Of a stretch of DNA of 14,970 nucleotides, positions 9,844 to 14,970 are shown one piece after another. Source of the DNA: an uncultured Silvanigrella sp. (GTDB lineage Bacteria > Bdellovibrionota_B > Oligoflexia > Silvanigrellales > Silvanigrellaceae); contig CAIZES010000373.1 of assembly GCA_903932045.1 (NCBI GenBank), positions 1-14,970 of the forward strand. Reading direction: 5' to 3'. The translations under genes and the position numbers were made by a program. How positions within the stretch are numbered: the stretch's first letter is position 1; each line of letters opens with the position of its first letter. The notes under the pieces were generated by a model. The model did no database searches. It saw nothing but the letters and a program-made list of their open reading frames with translations, and had not been told where the DNA came from.

Positions 9844-9863
9844 TTAGCAAAAAACTGATTTGC
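9844..9863. terminator. Weak hairpin (agcaaa-aaactga-tttgct) in the 81-bp convergent gap between the lipoprotein and hypX genes. Possible bidirectional terminator.
   Basis: A 6-bp stem, AT-rich with a modest T-run after it. The fold is not strong. Confidence 0.2.
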
Positions 9864-9920
9864 TTATCGATAATTTCCGAGGCTGTTGATGTTACCAATT
9901 TCATTGATAATGGTGCCTGA

Positions 9921-11651
9921 CTAGCAACGATGTTTTGCCAAATACAGCGGCGTGCGCGAATGGGGAATTTTAAAAACAAAATTGTACCGCGCAACATGAT
10001 AACTGGGATCAAATCCATAAAAATTACGACGCATGTGTTCGAGTTCTTCGCGTTCGTAGGCATCCAAAGGCTTTTGAGCTTCATCGGCCGCACGCATCGC
10101 CTTTTTATCCGCAACAAACGTTTCAAAATAATCATCACTCATCAGATCCTGAACTCGCCTTTGCAACTCATCACAGAAAGCAACATGATCACCAGGAAGG
10201 ACATCGTCCAAGAACTTGAGCTCCTTGGCTTCAGTCGCACTCACAGGCAAGCGGCGACGCATTAGGTTTTTACCCTGTTCCATGCCCATTCGACGCGGCA
10301 AAACATACGTCCAATATTCCGACCCGTACAAATTTCCCATATTTTTATAATGCGGATTCAGCACCACACCTTCGCGTGCCCACACATAATCACAGGCAAG
10401 AGCTAAAAAACAGCCGCCGGAACCCACATTACCACGGAGTGCCGCTACGGTTACAACATTTGTTGCTTCCAGAATTTCGCGTGCCACACAATTCATGCCA
10501 CGAATATTTTCCCACGAAGCGTCGGCTGCACTTGCAGCGCTTTCAATTTGATTGAGATGAATTCCGTTAGACCAAAAATCGCGACCACCCATAAGCACAA
10601 CAACACGCACGCCCATCTCGCAACACCGGCAAAACGCAGCCCGCAAACGATTGCTTTGCGCAACACTCATGGCTCCATTGGAAAACTCAAAAAACAAGTA
10701 CGCTGCATCACCGCACTTTTCGACACATATTTCCTGCCACGTCCCATGTTGTTTTTCAAACGGAGCGGAAAATTCCGGAACACTTTCCAAAGCAACAGAC
10801 TTCGAATCAGCAGACTTTAAAACATCCACGGCGGGAAGTTTAATACCGCGCCCTGGAGCTTCGCGATTCATTTTGAGTTCTGGCCGCCGCTCTTGCAAAT
10901 GAGTGATCCAAACCGCGCCATCCAAACACGCCACACAAACTGCGCCGTCGCGGGTTGCCAGAATTTCACCGGGATGACCTCGCAGTTTTTGCTCAGCAAA
11001 AGCACCAAACAAATAACAATCCCGTCCCGCAAGGGAACTCAGCACACCGGGCGAGCCATCGCCCGAACGCACCTTGCGCAAAACTGTTTGCGCTGTGTCG
11101 CGCTCCCAAACAATAGCGCGATCTTTTTGTTTCATCAAAGGACGTTCGCAGCCCCGTGTTTCGCCAAATTCAACCAAAGGCGTTGCACGAAACAAAGGAT
11201 CTTGAGCCTTAAAAACAACTTCATGCACAAGTTTTACAGCTGCGTCGGTGACTTCGTTTCGATACAAACTGCTTTTGGTACCCTCACGCATTACAAATTC
11301 CGTATGCGCCCACACATCACCACCATCCATGGAAGCGGACGCCTGCAACGCCGTTACGCCCCAGGTTGGCTCGCCATTGAGAATGGCCCAATCCAGTGAC
11401 GACGGCCCTTTATCACCCACAATACCAGGGTGAATAATAATACAAGGAATTTTGCTCCACACAGACGCCGGAATAGCGCGTTTCAAAAATGGCGCAATAA
11501 TAAGGTTTGGAGCAAACAAATCGAGGGCCTCTTGAAGAACCGAATCTTCGATATCAAATTCGATGGAAACTTGATGACCGCAGCGTTCCAACTCCAAAAA
11601 AACCCGCTGACACAAACAATTGAACGTATGAGTGAGCAACAAAATCTTCAA
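9921..11651 (-). CDS. hypX: [NiFe]-hydrogenase maturation factor HypX/HoxX, with an N-terminal formyltransferase-like domain and a C-terminal crotonase/enoyl-CoA hydratase-like domain.
   Basis: KILLLTHTFNCLCQRVFLELERCGHQVSIEFDIEDSV...APFLKRAIPASVWSKIPCIIIHPGIVGDKGPSSLDWAI...GVTALQA is colinear with R. eutropha HoxX. The C-terminal crotonase fold reads VAALRGNVGSGGCFLALACDYVWA. The start is placed at TTG 11649-11651 (MKILLLTH), which overlaps the hypD stop as TTGA. The track ORF begins at 11810, but that would overlap hypD by 53 codons. Confidence 0.8.
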   Translation of the reverse strand: MKILLLTHTFNCLCQRVFLELERCGHQVSIEFDIEDSVLQEALDLFAPNLIIAPFLKRAIPASVWSKIPCIIIHPGIVGDKGPSSLDWAILNGEPTWGVTALQASASMDGGDVWAHTEFVMREGTKSSLYRNEVTDAAVKLVHEVVFKAQDPLFRATPLVEFGETRGCERPLMKQKDRAIVWERDTAQTVLRKVRSGDGSPGVLSSLAGRDCYLFGAFAEQKLRGHPGEILATRDGAVCVACLDGAVWITHLQERRPELKMNREAPGRGIKLPAVDVLKSADSKSVALESVPEFSAPFEKQHGTWQEICVEKCGDAAYLFFEFSNGAMSVAQSNRLRAAFCRCCEMGVRVVVLMGGRDFWSNGIHLNQIESAASAADASWENIRGMNCVAREILEATNVVTVAALRGNVGSGGCFLALACDYVWAREGVVLNPHYKNMGNLYGSEYWTYVLPRRMGMEQGKNLMRRRLPVSATEAKELKFLDDVLPGDHVAFCDELQRRVQDLMSDDYFETFVADKKAMRAADEAQKPLDAYEREELEHMRRNFYGFDPSYHVARYNFVFKIPHSRTPLYLAKHRC

Positions 11652-12781
11652 TCGGGAACCGCCTCGGTAAAACGACCATATTGATAGTATGCGGCACAAG
11701 CGCCTTCCGAAGACACCATGCACGAACCAATGGGATGTTCTGGCGTACAGGCACGGCCAAACAAGGCGCAATCTACGGGTCGTTTCGCGCCGCGCAAAAT
11801 GGAGCCGCACGCGCAGCCTTTGTGATCGTCAACCCGATCAACATCTATAACAAAACGAACTTCCGCATCCCACGCAGCATACCCTGATTTTATTCGAAGT
11901 GCGCTGTACGGAACTTCACCCAACCCACGCCATTCGAACGAGCGACGCAACTCAAAAACTTCAGCCACGGCGGCCATAGCTTTTGCATTACCATCTGCCA
12001 AAACAGCACGCGTGAATTGGTTTTCAACTTCAGCTCTGCCCTCGTTGCACTGACGCACCAGCATATGAATAGACTGAAGAACATCCAAAGGTTCGAATCC
12101 CGAAATAACCACGGGCTTACGAAATTCTTCCGCAAAAAATTCGTACGGACGACTCCCAATAATAGTGCTCACATGGGCCGGCCCTAAAAAGCCATCAATG
12201 GATACCGTGCCAATGGTGCGAACCTCGGGAGCCTCCAATATATGCTGAATAGCTGGAGGCGTGAGAACATGATTACAAAAAACGGAGAAATTTTTGAGCC
12301 CCAATGCCTTAGCCTTTTTCAGGCCAACCGCCGTGGGTGGCGTTGTGGTTTCAAAGCCAATGGCAAAAAAGATCACTTCTTTATCGGGATTTTCCTGGGC
12401 GATACGAATGGAATCAAGAATTGATGCTACCATGCGGATGTCAGCGCCATCGGCTTTCACCGAAAGCAAACTTTTACCATCGGCACCCGGTACTCGAAGC
12501 ATATCGCCGTATGTGCACAAAATAACCCGCGGCAATTTTGCCAATGTTTGAGCGTGAACAATTCGCCCCAGAGGCATAACGCAAACAGGGCAACCCGGAC
12601 CATGCACCATCTCAATTTCGGGTGGAAGCAACGAAAGAATTCCATGCCTATAAATTGCGTGGGTGTGGCCTCCACAAAATTCCATCAAACGGTATTTACG
12701 GGAAGGATTCACCTCGGCAGCAATAGTGGATGCCATGGCTACGGCTTTCTCCCGATCACGATATTCATCAATATACTTCAT
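11648..12781 (-). CDS. hypD: Hydrogenase maturation factor HypD.
   Basis: MKYIDEYRD...EFCGGHTHAIYRHG...HGPGCPVCVMP...FFAIGFETTTP...GFEP.D.LQ...VENQFTRAV...CMVSSEGACAAYYQY is colinear with E. coli HypD, including the CGxH, GPGCPVC and C-terminal Cys motifs. GGGAG lies 5 nt before ATG 12781. The track's upstream extension to 12823 has no support. Confidence 0.9.
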   Translation of the reverse strand: MKYIDEYRDREKAVAMASTIAAEVNPSRKYRLMEFCGGHTHAIYRHGILSLLPPEIEMVHGPGCPVCVMPLGRIVHAQTLAKLPRVILCTYGDMLRVPGADGKSLLSVKADGADIRMVASILDSIRIAQENPDKEVIFFAIGFETTTPPTAVGLKKAKALGLKNFSVFCNHVLTPPAIQHILEAPEVRTIGTVSIDGFLGPAHVSTIIGSRPYEFFAEEFRKPVVISGFEPLDVLQSIHMLVRQCNEGRAEVENQFTRAVLADGNAKAMAAVAEVFELRRSFEWRGLGEVPYSALRIKSGYAAWDAEVRFVIDVDRVDDHKGCACGSILRGAKRPVDCALFGRACTPEHPIGSCMVSSEGACAAYYQYGRFTEAVPD

Positions 12782-12791
12782 ATTTACTCCC

Positions 12792-12814
12792 GCGCTTCTG
12801 CGCTTCTGCGCTTC
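12792..12814. repeat. 8-bp tandem repeat (gcgcttct)x3, the last copy imperfect, in the hypD/protease divergent intergenic region.
   Basis: Direct reading. The repeat lies 11 bp upstream of the hypD start codon, 5' of it on the minus strand. Confidence 0.8.
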
Positions 12815-12918
12815 AGTACACATCCCGTATCACGAAACTTTGACACATCGCTAGCACAAGCCCCTTGGCACGCTCCATCAATCCCTCTATTCTAGAGAAA
12901 ACACAGCAAAGGGCAGGG

Positions 12919-14604
12919 ATGAAAAGGGGATGGACAAAGCTCCCATTGGGAGCATTGACATCGTTATTATTCGTAAACTGCGATACAGCAATTACGAACG
13001 ATGCATCAAACAACATTCCGCCCAGCGACCTAATTTCGTACAAATCACAGTTAGTAGCATGGGAACAACTCAATTTAGTAAGACTCCGCAAGCAAGACTT
13101 GCTTCCGCATCAAAAATCGAGCGTCACGCTCTCCCCCTCTACCTCCTCGTTGTCCTCGTTGTCCTCGCTGTCTTCCATCTCTTCACGTTCTTCGTTCCCT
13201 TCGTTCTTTTCAGAATGGTCCGACCCTCTTTTTGCACAGCAGTGGTATCTCAAAAACCCAAGCAACATTTCCGCAGATATTCACTTTCCATCCGATATAG
13301 ACTCTTTGCCTTTTGCAGATCCTGTTATTCTCGCCATCCTTGATTCCGGCGTCGACCTCTCCCATCCAGACATAGAACCTGAAAAATTCTTACAGGACAC
13401 AAACGATGCAAACGAGGTCGTCAACACAAGCAACACAAGCAACACAAGCAACACAAGCAGCACAAGCAGCATAAGCACAATAAGCAGCCTCAACCCTCAC
13501 AAAATTCAGGGTTGGAATTTTGCCGACAACTCACCTCAAATCACAGACACCCTTGATCACGGCACTCACGTTACAGGCATTTTAGCTGCTGCAAACAACA
13601 ATGCACTGGGAATTGCATCACCATGGCGCGGATTTCGTATTCTTCCCGTGCAAATTTTTTCGAGCGCACACCCTTCGGTTCCAACCGACACAATTGCTCA
13701 GGCAATTCGTTATGCCGTAGACAAAGGAGCAAAGGTTATTTCGGCAAGCTTCGGAACACCTTCCTATAGTCCTGCACTCCTGCAGGCCATTCAATATGCC
13801 CAACAGCACGACGTTCTGTTTGTAAGCGCTGTAGGAAATTCACGCAACAATCTCAACACAGACAATAACTATCCTTCGGGGTACAATCTTCCCAATCAGA
13901 TATCGGTTGCAGCATCAGACAATCGCGACATCGCAACACTCTTTACAAACTTTGGAAGTTCTGGAAATTCAGTAGACATTTTTGCTCCTGGAGAGAATAT
14001 AATGTCTACAATTCCCAACGGCAAATTTGAGAACATGTCTGGAACCAGCCAAGCCTGCCCAATGGTTGCAGGCACTGCAGCCATGCTTCGAGCGATTGAA
14101 CCACAACTCACGGCAGTGGAAATCAAATCACAAATTCTTTCCGGAGCCGACGAAAAACAAGGGCTCGTGGGTTTCAGTCAGTTCTATAAACGCCTCAACG
14201 TAAACAACGCTCTTCACGCACTCCAGGGCAGCACCCTCCCGAAGTTCGACTTTTCAGACTGGACGGAAGTTGCCACTTACGTAGAATCCGCACATCCTTA
14301 TGCAAACAACACAACAGCAACATACACAATAACCACACCAGAAAACACGCTTCGCTTTCGCATCCACTTTTCTCGGATTGAAACCCACGCGTCGGATACA
14401 CTCACACTTATAGACACCAGCAACAACGCAATTGGCATGTACAGCGGCCCCATGGGCGAACTTTGGAGCCCCGTGATTGAAGGGAACAAAGCAAATCTTG
14501 TCTTTTCATCCGACCGAATGATTTCGGATTGGGGATTTGCAACCGACAAAATTTCAGCGTCCATTAACAACTCCCTTTCGAAAAACAACAAAAAACCTCT
14601 CTAA
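12919..14604 (+). CDS. Secreted subtilisin-like serine protease (peptidase S8) with N-terminal signal peptide, Ser-rich and Asn/Thr/Ser-rich repeat linkers, and a C-terminal beta-rich (P-domain/pre-peptidase-like) extension.
   Basis: The catalytic triad contexts are AILDSGVDLSHPDI (Asp), HGTHVTGILAAANNN (His), N of GNSRNN and GTSQACPMVAGTAAML (Ser). The N-terminus reads MKRGWTKLPLGALTSLLFVNC. The preferred start is ATG 12919, with AAGGG 5 nt upstream. The track's TTG 12865 has no RBS, so the start is uncertain. Confidence 0.85.
   Translation: MKRGWTKLPLGALTSLLFVNCDTAITNDASNNIPPSDLISYKSQLVAWEQLNLVRLRKQDLLPHQKSSVTLSPSTSSLSSLSSLSSISSRSSFPSFFSEWSDPLFAQQWYLKNPSNISADIHFPSDIDSLPFADPVILAILDSGVDLSHPDIEPEKFLQDTNDANEVVNTSNTSNTSNTSSTSSISTISSLNPHKIQGWNFADNSPQITDTLDHGTHVTGILAAANNNALGIASPWRGFRILPVQIFSSAHPSVPTDTIAQAIRYAVDKGAKVISASFGTPSYSPALLQAIQYAQQHDVLFVSAVGNSRNNLNTDNNYPSGYNLPNQISVAASDNRDIATLFTNFGSSGNSVDIFAPGENIMSTIPNGKFENMSGTSQACPMVAGTAAMLRAIEPQLTAVEIKSQILSGADEKQGLVGFSQFYKRLNVNNALHALQGSTLPKFDFSDWTEVATYVESAHPYANNTTATYTITTPENTLRFRIHFSRIETHASDTLTLIDTSNNAIGMYSGPMGELWSPVIEGNKANLVFSSDRMISDWGFATDKISASINNSLSKNNKKPL
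13144..13179 (+). repeat. In-frame 9-bp tandem repeat (tcctcgttg x3 plus a partial copy) encoding SSLSSLSSLSSI in the protease pro/linker region.
   Basis: Direct reading. Confidence 0.85.
13423..13488 (+). repeat. In-frame 9-bp tandem repeat (aacacaagc x4, then agcacaagc, agcataagc, acaataagc) encoding NTSNTSNTSNTSSTSSISTISS, inserted between the catalytic Asp and His of the protease.
   Basis: Direct reading: about 7.3 copies with diverged 3' copies. Confidence 0.85.
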
Positions 14605-14693
14605 CAATTACAACCACATTTCCCCAATTTACGTTGCCTAACAGTTGAAAAATAAAATACCTTCCCCGCATAAAGAGCGGGTCCATATTCCCG

Positions 14694-14760
14694 TTTTCAT
14701 GAAAATGTACAAGTTACATCCGAACGTTTGCAATAGGCTAACGAGCGGTATGGGCCCATA
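14694..14760. promoter_or_regulatory. Cluster of perfect palindromes upstream of the 3'-edge gene: TTTTCATGAAAA (14694-14705) and TATGGGCCCATA (14749-14760). A related direct half-copy GAGCGGGTCCATATT sits at 14675-14689.
   Basis: Direct reading. Both 12-mers equal their own reverse complement. TATGGGCCCATA lies about 34 bp upstream of ATG 14794. Confidence 0.35.
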
Positions 14761-14793
14761 TTGATCAGACTTTCATTTGAGGAGACCCCAAAC

Positions 14794-14970
14794 ATGATCG
14801 AATCTCTTCAAAACCAAGAGATCAACAAAGTCCGCGAAAAGGTGTCCGAAAAAACCAGCGAGAAAAACAAAAAAAACGATCATTCCAAAAAACGTTGCTG
14901 CAGAACATTTACAGCTTTTCTAATCGCGCTCATTATTGCCACCGGCCTTGTTTGGATTCCCTATCAAAAA
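14794..14970 (+). CDS. Partial, 5' end only: small lysine-rich protein with one predicted TM anchor (..CCRTFTAFLIALIIATGLVWIPY..). Function unknown.
   Basis: ATG 14794 is preceded by GAGGAG 9 nt upstream. The frame stays open to the window end at 59 codons. This ORF is absent from the supplied track, presumably because it has no stop codon. Confidence 0.45.
   Translation, partial: MIESLQNQEINKVREKVSEKTSEKNKKNDHSKKRCCRTFTAFLIALIIATGLVWIPYQK

Noticed and set aside
10893-11399. 168-aa and other antisense ORFs inside hypX.
   Set aside because: They lie antisense to a conserved gene in GC-rich coding sequence and have no RBS or recognisable domain.
11652-11810. A longer HypX N-terminus (MRLHFARRE...) that overlaps hypD by 53 codons.
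   Set aside because: HoxX/HypX homologues begin at M-[KR]-I-L-L-L. The extension lies entirely inside the well-supported hypD C-terminus and has arbitrary composition.

Overview
Bacterial chromosomal window of moderate GC content with ten protein-coding genes plus a partial eleventh at the 3' edge. Genes in order: a FadD-type long-chain acyl-CoA synthetase (+) that overlaps the start of a GH57-family glycoside hydrolase (+); a small Cys-rich DUF3795-like protein (-); an MtaD-like amidohydrolase deaminase fused to a C-terminal CYTH/class-IV-adenylate-cyclase-like domain (-), divergently paired with a Ham1/RdgB-type ITPase carrying an internal insertion (+); an SPFH/stomatin-like protein (+); a lipoprotein with a TQ-rich and polyglutamine linker (+); an isolated hypD-hypX pair for [NiFe]-hydrogenase maturation (-), with no other hyp or hydrogenase genes in the window; a secreted subtilisin-like S8 protease with two in-frame 9-bp tandem-repeat arrays (+); and the N-terminus of a small membrane-anchored protein (+). 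The non-coding DNA is unusual. Two CT-rich tandem arrays, both with an 11-bp period, lie upstream of fadD and upstream of the DUF3795 gene. An 8-bp triplet repeat sits in the hypD/protease divergent region. Several perfect palindromes lie upstream of the last gene. No rRNA, tRNA, CRISPR array or recognisable mobile element was seen. The most system-like candidate is the divergent deaminase-CYTH fusion/ITPase pair, but its function is inferred only from domain identity.
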